Below, piece by piece: positions 33,244 through 41,037 of a stretch of 46,072 nt of DNA. This DNA is from Thermoplasmata archaeon. GTDB lineage: Archaea > Thermoplasmatota > Thermoplasmata > Lutacidiplasmatales > UBA184. The DNA lies in the NCBI GenBank assembly GCA_030040775.1, contig JASHTB010000122.1:1-46072 (forward strand), given 5' to 3'. The position numbers were made by a program, and so were the translations under genes. A model generated the notes under the pieces. It made no database searches. It was not told the DNA's origin and was given only the letters and a program-made list of their open reading frames with translations. Within the stretch, counting starts at the first letter, position 1. Every line of letters starts with the position of its first letter.

Positions 33244-33777
33244 ATGTCCGCCCGCTCGCCGTCACTCCGCTGGATCGAACGCCTCGCCGACCTCGTGCAT
33301 CCGCCGCGCACCGTCTACGCGCACTGCGACATCCCCTGCGGTATTTACGACCCGCACGAGGCGCAGATCGCGGCGCTGACGGTCGTGCGCATGGACCAGC
33401 TGATCTCGGAGCTCGCCCACCCGGCGCCCGACGCGAAGCTCGAGGAGCGGGCGACGTACGTGTCGAAGATGGCCCGGTACACCGCGGTCAAGGAGCAGCA
33501 CTCCGAGCGCGTCAAGCAGGAGGTCCGGGTCATCTGGGGCGACTACTTCACGCCCGACCACGCGAAGCAGTTCCCCCAGACCCACGACCTCGTCTGGCGG
33601 ATCATGAAGCAGGCGTCCAAGACCCGCCAGGGCATCGCCCTGACGGACGCCCAGGAGCTCGTGAAGCTCGTGCAGGAGTTCGCGGAGGTCTTCTGGCAGA
33701 CGAAGGGAGCGAAGACCCGGCGTCAGCCGTCGCTCCAGAAGTCCGGGGGCGAGCTCGTCCTTCCGGTCCCGGCATAG
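33244..33777 (+). CDS. sodN: Nickel-containing superoxide dismutase precursor
   Basis: HCDIPCGIYDP is the Ni-hook, preceded by a 26-aa leader ending in YA. Downstream, VIWGDYFTPDHAKQFPQTHDLVWR and EVFWQTKGA are collinear with Streptomyces NiSOD as I recall it. Confidence 0.9.
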   Translation: MSARSPSLRWIERLADLVHPPRTVYAHCDIPCGIYDPHEAQIAALTVVRMDQLISELAHPAPDAKLEERATYVSKMARYTAVKEQHSERVKQEVRVIWGDYFTPDHAKQFPQTHDLVWRIMKQASKTRQGIALTDAQELVKLVQEFAEVFWQTKGAKTRRQPSLQKSGGELVLPVPA

Positions 33778-33800
33778 GTCGGGGCGGCCCCGCCCCTGCG

Positions 33801-35330
33801 ATGACGGACCCGGTCTCCCTCGACGGTCGGTCGCTCTCGCTCGAACAGTTCCTCTCGGTCGTCCGGTCGGACGCCCGGGTCTCGCTCGCCGCCGAGGCGC
33901 GAGGGCACGTAGCGAAAGGCCGCGCGGCTGTTGAGCGCGCGGTCGCCACCGAACGCCCGGTCTACGGGGTGACGACGGGGTTCGGTGCGTTCTCCCACCA
34001 TCTCATCCCCAGGGCGAAGGCGCGGGAGTTGCAGGCGTCGGTCATCCGCAGCCACTCGAGCGGAACAGGCCCGGCGCTCCCCGAAGACCTGGTGCGCGGC
34101 CTCGTCCTCCTGAGGCTCAATTCGCTCGCCCGGGGGCTCTCGGGGGTACGTCCGGAGGTCCTCGACCGGCTCGTTGAGCTCCTCAACCGCCGCCTCGTCC
34201 CGTACGTTCCCGAGCAGGGCTCGGTCGGCGCCTCGGGCGACCTCGCGCCGCTCGCGCATCTCGCCTCGGCCCTCACCGGGGAAGGCGCCTACGTCGTGCG
34301 CGACGGCCCGGAGGTCGAGCCGGCCCGGGTGGTTCTCGCTCGGGAGAAGATCGACCCCCTTGAGCCCGCGGAGAAGGAAGGCGTGGCGCTGCTCAACGGG
34401 ACCGCGCTCATGGCTTCCTACCTCGCGCTCGGGGTCGCCGACGGCCGGCTCCTCCTCGACGCCGCGCTGGTCGCGGCCGCCCTCTCCTACGACGCCCTCG
34501 AGGGGAACCCCGAGTCGCTGGACGACCGTCTCGGGGAGGTCCGGAACTCTTCCGACCAGCGGGCGGTCGCGGCGACCTTGCGCGCGCTCCTCGCGGGGAG
34601 CGACCTCGCCCGTTCGCGTCCCGAATGGTCCGGGCAGGACCCGTACACCCTGCGTTGCCTGCCGCAGGTCCTCGGAGCCACGCGCCTCGCACTGGGCTTC
34701 GCGGAGGGGGTCGCCCGGAACGAGCTGAACGCGGTCACGGACAACCCGATCGTGTTCGAGCCGGAAGACTTCGTGAGCGGGGGGAACTTCCACGGCCAAC
34801 CGCTCGCGTTCGCGCTCGACTCGCTCGCGATCGCCGTGCAGTACGTCGCGGGGTTCTCCGAGCGTCGGGTCGCTCGACTCGTCCATCCGGCGCTGAACCG
34901 GGGTCTCCCTGCCTTCCTCGCTCCCGAGCCCGCGGTGAGCTCGGGGTTCATGGTCCCGCAGTACCTCGCGGCCGCGCTCGTCAACGAGAACGAGACGCTC
35001 GTCCACCCGGCGAGCACGTCGAGCCTCCCCACGTCCGCCGATCAGGAGGACTTCAACTCGATGGGAGCGTGGGCCGGCGCGAAGCTCTCCCGGGTTCTCG
35101 CCAACACCCGCCGGGTCGTCGCGGTCGAGTGGATGGTCGCCGGCCAGGCGCTCGAGCTGCGTCGGCCGCGTTCGGGCGGCCGGGGTTCCCGGACGGCCCT
35201 GAAGGCGCTGCGGGACCTGGTCGCCCCGTGGACGGCCGACCGAAGCCCGTCCGCCGACATCGAGCGAGTGGCCGCGGCGATCGCCGACGGCTCGCTCGTG
35301 CGCGCGGTGCGCGCCTCCGTCGCCTTCTAG
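33801..35330 (+). CDS. hutH: Histidine ammonia-lyase (aromatic amino acid lyase family)
   Basis: YGVTTGFG and GSVGASGDLAPLAHL (Ala-Ser-Gly MIO triad) are present. The Ser-His in VIRSHSSG at the substrate-selectivity position favours HAL over TAL/PAL. Confidence 0.85.
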   Translation: MTDPVSLDGRSLSLEQFLSVVRSDARVSLAAEARGHVAKGRAAVERAVATERPVYGVTTGFGAFSHHLIPRAKARELQASVIRSHSSGTGPALPEDLVRGLVLLRLNSLARGLSGVRPEVLDRLVELLNRRLVPYVPEQGSVGASGDLAPLAHLASALTGEGAYVVRDGPEVEPARVVLAREKIDPLEPAEKEGVALLNGTALMASYLALGVADGRLLLDAALVAAALSYDALEGNPESLDDRLGEVRNSSDQRAVAATLRALLAGSDLARSRPEWSGQDPYTLRCLPQVLGATRLALGFAEGVARNELNAVTDNPIVFEPEDFVSGGNFHGQPLAFALDSLAIAVQYVAGFSERRVARLVHPALNRGLPAFLAPEPAVSSGFMVPQYLAAALVNENETLVHPASTSSLPTSADQEDFNSMGAWAGAKLSRVLANTRRVVAVEWMVAGQALELRRPRSGGRGSRTALKALRDLVAPWTADRSPSADIERVAAAIADGSLVRAVRASVAF

Positions 35331-36145
35331 GCGCGGAGGACCGGAGGCGCGATCGACGCGTTCGGTCCCTCGTGCGACTTCGGGAACCGGACCGATTGCC
35401 CGCAGGTCGGGCAGGTGTACTCGCTCACGCTCTTGTGGCGAAGCGGGGTCCGGCATTTCGGACACGGGATTGGCCTCGACGTCACGTAGGCCGCGAACAT
35501 CTCTTGCGCACGACGGTCGGTGAGCGAGACCGCCGGTGTCGGCGTTTCGGGTGCCTGTCCGGTCGGGGTCGGTGTCGGGGCGACGGCAGGCTCGGGCTCC
35601 TCGGTCGTCGGGCTCGCCGAACGCGGGGTCGCGAGGCGGCCGCACTCCGGACAGACGGCGAGGTTGTTCGACCCGGCCGACAGGAGGGGTACGTGACAAT
35701 GGGGGCAGAGCGTCTTGAGACCCGAGCTCGTATAGACGGGCGGCGGCGCACGGGGCGTGCGCGACGGGACGAGCGGGGACGCCGGGCCGGCTCGTTCGGA
35801 CGAAGCCCCCGGCGACTCTTGGGAAGCCGTCGGGTCGGACCACCGGACGACCCGACGCGCCGGCTCGTAGACGAGCGGCGTGCCCGGCCTCGCGAGCTCG
35901 TGGGAGAGGAGCTTCTCGACCTTATGGCCCCGCCAGGAGAGCGCGGCGGCGAGGCCGGGAACGCTGGTCGTGCCTAGCGAGCGGACCGTCGAGCGGAGTC
36001 GCTCGAGGTCCTGCGGCGACGGGCCGAAGAGGCTGACCATCCTGCTCGCGTCGCGCGCGACGAGGGAAGAACCTATCGCTCGACCGGCACCGAAAAGGGA
36101 AGGCACCGGTGGAGCGGCCCCTGGTCTCTTGGACGGTGCCACCAA
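35327..36145 (-). CDS. Hypothetical protein with an N-terminal wHTH-like region and two zinc ribbons
   Basis: CPHCHVPLLSAGSNNLAVCPECG and CPKCRTPLRHKSVSEYTCPTCG are present. The start is uncertain (TTG 36145 or ATG 36040). The stop shares CTAG with hutH. Confidence 0.55.
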   Translation of the reverse strand: MVAPSKRPGAAPPVPSLFGAGRAIGSSLVARDASRMVSLFGPSPQDLERLRSTVRSLGTTSVPGLAAALSWRGHKVEKLLSHELARPGTPLVYEPARRVVRWSDPTASQESPGASSERAGPASPLVPSRTPRAPPPVYTSSGLKTLCPHCHVPLLSAGSNNLAVCPECGRLATPRSASPTTEEPEPAVAPTPTPTGQAPETPTPAVSLTDRRAQEMFAAYVTSRPIPCPKCRTPLRHKSVSEYTCPTCGQSVRFPKSHEGPNASIAPPVLRA

Positions 36146-36194
36146 GAGACGCTGCCACCGGTGCCCGAGGCCAACTACCGAGAAACCCCAACGG

Positions 36195-36204
36195 ACTATA
36201 TAGT
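36195..36204. promoter_or_regulatory. Perfect 10-nt palindromic TATA-like element in a divergent intergenic region
   Basis: ACTATATAGT is its own reverse complement. It is the only strongly AT-rich element between the Zn-ribbon gene (-) and the receiver gene (+). Confidence 0.4.
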
Positions 36205-36302
36205 TATCCTACCCCCCTGGAATGCGGGCGATGGGGCTGTTTTAGCCATCGATCGGCCGGGATACGCACAAGTTCGATTAGGAAGGAGCGCACATAGCGA
36301 CG

Positions 36303-36806
36303 ATGAGGGGTTGCGCCCCCAGGAAAGCTCGGTCCGTGGTCTCCGCCTCCAACCTGCTCGACGGGACCCTCGCGGCGACGGGACCCTCGAGCCGCGGTCC
36401 GGCCATCGTCTGCGGGTCGAACGAGGAGACCCGCCTCCTGCTCCACGGTCTTCTGCGACTGCATCGACACCCGGTGGCGCACGAGGCCGCGCGTCTCAGC
36501 GAGCTCGACCCTCTTCCGCCGACCGCGTCTCCTACGTTGCTCGTCTTCGACGCGGAGACCGAGAAAGGGGACTGGGCGGACGACCTCGCTCAGGTGCTGC
36601 GCCGACATCCCGAGCTTCGCGCGGTAGTGGTCTTACCGCGCGACCCGGGTCAGGCGGAGGAGAAGGCCCGGGCCGCCGGGGCGCGGGCGACCTTACGCCG
36701 GCCGTTCGCGATCCGTGAGTTCGTCTCGGCCCTTGAGCGCGTCCAGGAGGGCGGAACCCCGCCGCCGCCCCCGGCGGATTCGGCCAAGGCCGACTCCGCC
36801 CGCTAG
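36303..36806 (+). CDS. CheY-like receiver-domain protein with degenerate active-site residues
   Basis: The pattern AIVCGSNEETRLLLHGLL...LLVFDAE...AVVVLPRD...GARATLRRPFAIREF follows the receiver beta-alpha layout. However, the DD pocket reads SN/EE, the T/S position reads P, and KPF reads RPF. Confidence 0.55.
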   Translation: MRGCAPRKARSVVSASNLLDGTLAATGPSSRGPAIVCGSNEETRLLLHGLLRLHRHPVAHEAARLSELDPLPPTASPTLLVFDAETEKGDWADDLAQVLRRHPELRAVVVLPRDPGQAEEKARAAGARATLRRPFAIREFVSALERVQEGGTPPPPPADSAKADSAR

Positions 36807-36807
36807 G

Positions 36808-36815
36808 GGTAAACT
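36808..36815 (+). promoter_or_regulatory. TATA-like box for the FAD-oxidase gene
   Basis: GGTAAACT lies 21-28 nt upstream of GTG 36836. Confidence 0.4.
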
Positions 36816-36835
36816 CCCTCGGGCCTCCCTTCGCC

Positions 36836-38332
36836 GTGGTGCCCTCGGTCGCCGCGTCGCTCCGAGAGGTCGTTCGCGGCTCGGTCCAGAGCGACCCGCG
36901 GGCACTTGAGCCGTTTCGGAGCGACCGTTCGCATCTGGTCGGCACCCCCTCGGCAGCAGTGGCCCCGCTGGACTCGGAGGACGTCGTCGCCCTCGTTCGG
37001 TGGGCGCGGCGCCACCGGGTCGGGCTCGTCCCTCGGGGAGGAGGGACCTCGCTCGACGGGGAGTCGTCGCCGCTCGACGGGAGCGTGGTGGTCGACTTCA
37101 CGGGCTGGAACTCCGTGCTCGAGGTCAGCCCGGACGAGCTCTGGGCGCGGGTCGGCCCGGGCATCGTCAACCTCGACCTCCAACGCATCCTGAGACCTCA
37201 CGGCGTGTTCTTTCCTCCGAATCCGGGCTCTTGGACGAGCGCCACTATCGGTGGGAACGTCGGGACGAACGCCTCGGGCCCCCGTTCGTTCCGCTACGGT
37301 CCGACGCGTCACTGGGTCCGGGCCGTCGAGGCCGTCCTCGGGACGGGCGAGCGCGTACGGCTCGGGAGCCTGGTCGCGAAACGGTCGGTCGGGCCGGACC
37401 TCCTCTCGCTCATCGTAGGGAGCGAGGGGACTCTCGCGGTCGTGACGGAGGTCACCGTGCGTCTGGCCCCGGTTCCAGCACGCCGGGAAGGCCTGGTCTT
37501 CCCCTTACCCGAGGGTCTTTCCCTGGGGGCGGTCGCCGTCCGATTACGCTCGACCGCGGAGACCGGCCTCTCGGCCGTGGAGTACCTCGACCGAGCGTCG
37601 GCCGAGACGCTCGCCGACCGTCGAGCGGTCGATTGGCCGACGGACTCCGCGCTCCTACTGCTCGAGGTCGAGGCGGCCGGAGAAGCCGAGGCGGCCCGCC
37701 GACGCGAGCGGCTCTTCGAGGTCGCGCGCTCGTGCGGGGTCTTAGGCCAGCCGGTCGTGGTGGCCGACGCGGATGCGCTTTGGACCCAGCGGGGCGAAAG
37801 CTCGGTCGCCCTCGACGAGCGAACCGGTCAGCGGATACGGGAGGACGTCGCCGTCCCGCTCGGGCGGATCGACGAGCTCCTCGCTCGGCTCGAGGGAATC
37901 GCCCGGGAGGCCCGGATCCCGTACTTTCTCTTCGGCCACCTCGGTGAGGGGAGTTTCCACCCGAACTACGCGTGCGACCCGGCGGGCCCCGTCGGGGACC
38001 GGGTTCGCCGTGCGGTCCTGAACGCCGCGCTTTCGCTCGGGGGAACGGTGAGCAGCGAGCACGGGATCGGCCGACTCAAGAGAGAGTTCCTCTCGCAGGA
38101 GCTCGGAGGAGTCGCGGTCGACCTCCTGGAGGAGGTGAAGCGTCGGTGCGACCCGGACGGGATCCTCAATCCCGGGAAGCTCTACCCACGGACGCGTCGG
38201 AAAGAAGGCGGACGACCTTCTCGGTCGCCTTCGGGATCGGCAGGCGGGCGAGCTCGCCCGCGGTCACCCAGCGACGGCCCGGCCGACGCCTTGGCTCACC
38301 GCGCCCGGCGAAGACATGGAGCTCCACCGTGA
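36836..38332 (+). CDS. FAD-linked oxidase (GlcD / D-lactate dehydrogenase family)
   Basis: VGLVPRGGGTSLDGES (FAD-binding PCMH type), GSEGTLAVVTEVTVRL and SEHGIGRLKREF...DPDGILNPGKLY are present. About 49 extra C-terminal residues run antisense into mutY. Confidence 0.85.
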   Translation: MVPSVAASLREVVRGSVQSDPRALEPFRSDRSHLVGTPSAAVAPLDSEDVVALVRWARRHRVGLVPRGGGTSLDGESSPLDGSVVVDFTGWNSVLEVSPDELWARVGPGIVNLDLQRILRPHGVFFPPNPGSWTSATIGGNVGTNASGPRSFRYGPTRHWVRAVEAVLGTGERVRLGSLVAKRSVGPDLLSLIVGSEGTLAVVTEVTVRLAPVPARREGLVFPLPEGLSLGAVAVRLRSTAETGLSAVEYLDRASAETLADRRAVDWPTDSALLLLEVEAAGEAEAARRRERLFEVARSCGVLGQPVVVADADALWTQRGESSVALDERTGQRIREDVAVPLGRIDELLARLEGIAREARIPYFLFGHLGEGSFHPNYACDPAGPVGDRVRRAVLNAALSLGGTVSSEHGIGRLKREFLSQELGGVAVDLLEEVKRRCDPDGILNPGKLYPRTRRKEGGRPSRSPSGSAGGRARPRSPSDGPADALAHRARRRHGAPP

Positions 38333-39275
38333 AGTGGCTGTAGGCGTGCCGCACGACACCGACCGGGGAGAGGCGGACGCTCCGCAGACCGGTCTCCTCC
38401 TTAAGTTCCCGCAGCGCCGCTTCCCGAGCTGATTCCCGTTTCGCGATCTTCCCCCCCGGAAACTCCCAAAGGCCTCCGAGGAGGCCCGTCGTCGGCCGCC
38501 GCTGGACGAACCAGCGGTTCTGTCGGTTCCTGAGGACCACGACCGACGCGCGGACGTGGGGACGTCGACGGGGCGCCGGCCGGCGGGGGAGGACCGCGGG
38601 GTCATCCAGTTCCGTGTAGGCTCGGCAGGCGAACGAGACCGGGCAGGCCTTGCAGCGCGGGTCGGCGGGGAGGCAGACCGTCTCCCCGAGCTCCATGATC
38701 GCCTCGGCGAACGGACCGGCCGGCCGCTTCCCTAGCGCCTCGGAGAGCGCCTGCTCGAGACGGGCGTGAACGCTTCTTCGGCGGACGTCCCCCTCCTCCC
38801 GGGTCCATCGAGCGGCGACCCTGAGCCCGTTCGCCTCGAGGGGGATCGCCCGCGCGCCGAAGGCAAGGGCGGCGATTGCGCGGGCGCTGTAACGTCCAAC
38901 GCCGGGGAGCTTTTCGAGTTCGCCTACCGTTCTCGGCAGCCGGCCGCCGGACTTCGCGACGAGCTCGCGGGCGGCCGTATGGAGATGGCGCGCCCGAGCG
39001 TAGTAGCCCGCTCCCTGCCAGACCTTGAGCACGCGCTCGAGCGGAGCTTCCGCGAGAGAGACGACCGTGGGAAACTCGCGGAGGAACCGCTCGTAGTACG
39101 GGGCCGCCTGCGCGACGCGGGTCTGCTGGAGGAGGACCTCGGCGACCCAGATGTGGTACGGGTCCCGGTCCGTTCGCCAGGGGAGCGGACGGCGTTGGCG
39201 GGCGAACCAATCGACGAGCGTCGGAACGAGTGTCGGCGGTAATGACGACGCCGGTCGGTTCGAGCGGTTCGGCAC
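38166..39275 (-). CDS. mutY: A/G-specific adenine DNA glycosylase MutY with a NUDIX-like C-terminal domain
   Basis: PYHIWVAEVLLQQTRV and LPGVGRYSARAIAALAF (HhH-GPD) are present. CLPADPRCKACPVSFAC is the C-x6-C-x2-C-x5-C Fe-S loop. GGLWEFPGGKI...ALRELKEETGL is the NUDIX-like part. Confidence 0.9.
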   Translation of the reverse strand: MPNRSNRPASSLPPTLVPTLVDWFARQRRPLPWRTDRDPYHIWVAEVLLQQTRVAQAAPYYERFLREFPTVVSLAEAPLERVLKVWQGAGYYARARHLHTAARELVAKSGGRLPRTVGELEKLPGVGRYSARAIAALAFGARAIPLEANGLRVAARWTREEGDVRRRSVHARLEQALSEALGKRPAGPFAEAIMELGETVCLPADPRCKACPVSFACRAYTELDDPAVLPRRPAPRRRPHVRASVVVLRNRQNRWFVQRRPTTGLLGGLWEFPGGKIAKRESAREAALRELKEETGLRSVRLSPVGVVRHAYSHFTVELHVFAGRGEPRRRPGRRWVTAGELARLPIPKATEKVVRLLSDASVGRASRD

Positions 39276-39303
39276 GGAGGTTCCCGTGCGCGAGGAGGCC
39301 TAG

Positions 39304-39311
39304 CTTTAAAG
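39304..39311. promoter_or_regulatory. Palindromic TATA box shared by divergent mutY and thioredoxin genes
   Basis: CTTTAAAG is its own reverse complement. It lies 29-36 nt from the mutY GTG (39275) and 36-43 nt from the trx GTG (39347). Confidence 0.45.
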
Positions 39312-39346
39312 CACAGGGGGAAAACGGAGCCGCCCGGGGGTCCGGC

Positions 39347-39694
39347 GTGGGGGTCGCTTTCGCTCCAGTCCGGGTCACCGACGCGACGTTCGACCAGGTC
39401 GTGGTCCGTTCGCCGCTCCCGGTGGTCCTCGATTTCACGGCCTCCTGGTGCGTCCCGTGCCGGGGCCTGCGTCCGACCCTCGAAGATCTCTCGCAGAAGC
39501 TCGCCGGGCGCGTGACGTTCGCGACCGCGGACGTCGACGATGCCGCCGGGGTGACCCGTTCTTACGGCATCCTCGCGCTGCCGACCTATCTCTTTCTTGA
39601 AAACGGTCGGGAGAAAGGTCGGGCGGTCGGCCCGCTGGACGCGGTCGCGTTCCGTTGGAACCTGCGCCGGCACTTCGTCGCCGCGCGGCGTTAG
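39347..39694 (+). CDS. trxA: Thioredoxin
   Basis: VVLDFTASWCVPCRGLRP carries a CVPC active site, and GILALPTYLFLENG is also present. I chose GTG 39347, but the start is uncertain. Confidence 0.8.
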   Translation: MGVAFAPVRVTDATFDQVVVRSPLPVVLDFTASWCVPCRGLRPTLEDLSQKLAGRVTFATADVDDAAGVTRSYGILALPTYLFLENGREKGRAVGPLDAVAFRWNLRRHFVAARR

Positions 39695-40137
39695 ACCTCG
39701 AGCTCGTAGTGGACGACGCCGCGGTACCGCTGGAAGCCGAAGCTCTCGTAGAGTCTTCGCGCGACGGAGTTCGTCTCGTCGGTATCGACGAAGAGCTGGC
39801 GGATCCCGCGGGCCTGCGCGTCCCCTACGAACCGCTCGATGAGCCGTCGTGCGAGCCCCCGGCCCCGGAACTCGGCCTTCACGTGGAGTTCCTGGAGGTA
39901 AGCGAACCGCTGGAGCCCAGGTCGGAAGTAGGGACTCTGGCCCTCGAACCAGTAGAGGAAGCCGGCGTACTCGCTGTCCACCTCGGCGATCAGGAGCCCG
40001 TCGATCGGAATTCGAGCCAAGCGCTCCGCGCTTCCGAACGGGTCCCACGGAGTGTCCTCGTGGGCGTAGTGCTCGGCGACCCGCTCGAGGTCGGCCGGCG
40101 TTCCGGCCCGCACGGTTTCGGCGACCGTTGCACTCAT
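39691..40137 (-). CDS. GNAT family N-acetyltransferase
   Basis: LQELHVKAEFRGRGLARRLIERF...NSVARRLYESFGF is present. I preferred ATG 40137; the ORF extends to GTG 40203. Confidence 0.75.
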   Translation of the reverse strand: MSATVAETVRAGTPADLERVAEHYAHEDTPWDPFGSAERLARIPIDGLLIAEVDSEYAGFLYWFEGQSPYFRPGLQRFAYLQELHVKAEFRGRGLARRLIERFVGDAQARGIRQLFVDTDETNSVARRLYESFGFQRYRGVVHYELEV

Positions 40138-40263
40138 CGGCTGCTTCCCGGACTCCGAGGACCCAAGGCCCGCCCGGATGACCCGACCCACGCTACTCTG
40201 CACGGTGTATTTCTCCTCCTTGGTAACGTGAGCGAATCGGCTCGAACGAACCGTTGCCCTGGA

Positions 40264-40272
40264 CCTTTATCC
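40264..40272 (+). promoter_or_regulatory. TATA-like box for the HAD hydrolase gene
   Basis: CCTTTATCC lies 24-32 nt upstream of ATG 40296. Confidence 0.45.
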
Positions 40273-40295
40273 TCCTCCCTCCTCGGGCCCTCGTG

Positions 40296-40991
40296 ATGCC
40301 CGTCCGAGTCGTCTTCTTCGACTGGGGCGGCACCCTCAACCGAACCTGGAGTGACGACGGTCGCCCTCCGGCGGAGTTCTGGCAGGCGATCTTGGCCCGG
40401 CACAGGGTCCGCTTGGATCCGGTCGCCGTCCGCCACGCGCTCGAGGAGACCGACCGCGAACTCGATGCTCGGATCTACGAGTACCTCGGAAGAACACCGG
40501 AGTTCTGGCACCTTTACGACGACCGCGTTCTCGACCGGCTCGGGCTCCGCGACGAACGCGAGGTCCTCGCCCCGGCGCTCGAGCGTTCCTTTCGGGAGGC
40601 CGCGCGTGGCGAGCTTTATCCGGACAGCGTCCCGACGCTCACCGAGCTTCGAGGCCGTGGACTGACGCTCGGGATCATATCGAACAACAACGACGAGCTC
40701 CTCGAGGTTCTCCGATACCATCGTCTTCATCGATTCTTCGAGACCGTGACGTACTCCCAGGAGGTCGGAGCGGAGAAGCCGGACCGCCGGGTGTTCGACC
40801 TCGCGCTGACCCGCGCGCACTGTACCCCCCACGAGGCGGTCTACGTCGGGAACTCGTGGGAGGCGGACTATCTCGGGGCACGAGGGGTGGGGATGCGCGC
40901 GATCTGGCTGAACCGCCTGCGCGTGCCGCCGCCCGCCCCGTGCGAGTCCGTGAGCGAACTTCGCGAGGTTACGGCGCTGCTCTCGCGCTGA
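40296..40991 (+). CDS. HAD-superfamily hydrolase
   Basis: VVFFDWGGTL is motif I, LGIISNN is motif II, and VYVGNSWEADYLGARGVG is motif IV. Confidence 0.8.
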   Translation: MPVRVVFFDWGGTLNRTWSDDGRPPAEFWQAILARHRVRLDPVAVRHALEETDRELDARIYEYLGRTPEFWHLYDDRVLDRLGLRDEREVLAPALERSFREAARGELYPDSVPTLTELRGRGLTLGIISNNNDELLEVLRYHRLHRFFETVTYSQEVGAEKPDRRVFDLALTRAHCTPHEAVYVGNSWEADYLGARGVGMRAIWLNRLRVPPPAPCESVSELREVTALLSR

Positions 40992-41004
40992 CCCAAGGCT
41001 CACC

Positions 41005-41025
41005 GCGCTTCGCGCGGCGAAGCGC
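41005..41025. terminator. Perfect 9-bp hairpin between convergent genes
   Basis: The stem is GCGCTTCGC (41005-41013) and GCGAAGCGC (41017-41025), with loop GCG. It lies between the HAD stop (40991) and the purH stop (41038). A terminator function is inferred only from position. Confidence 0.35.
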
Positions 41026-41037
41026 CGCTCCACGCTG

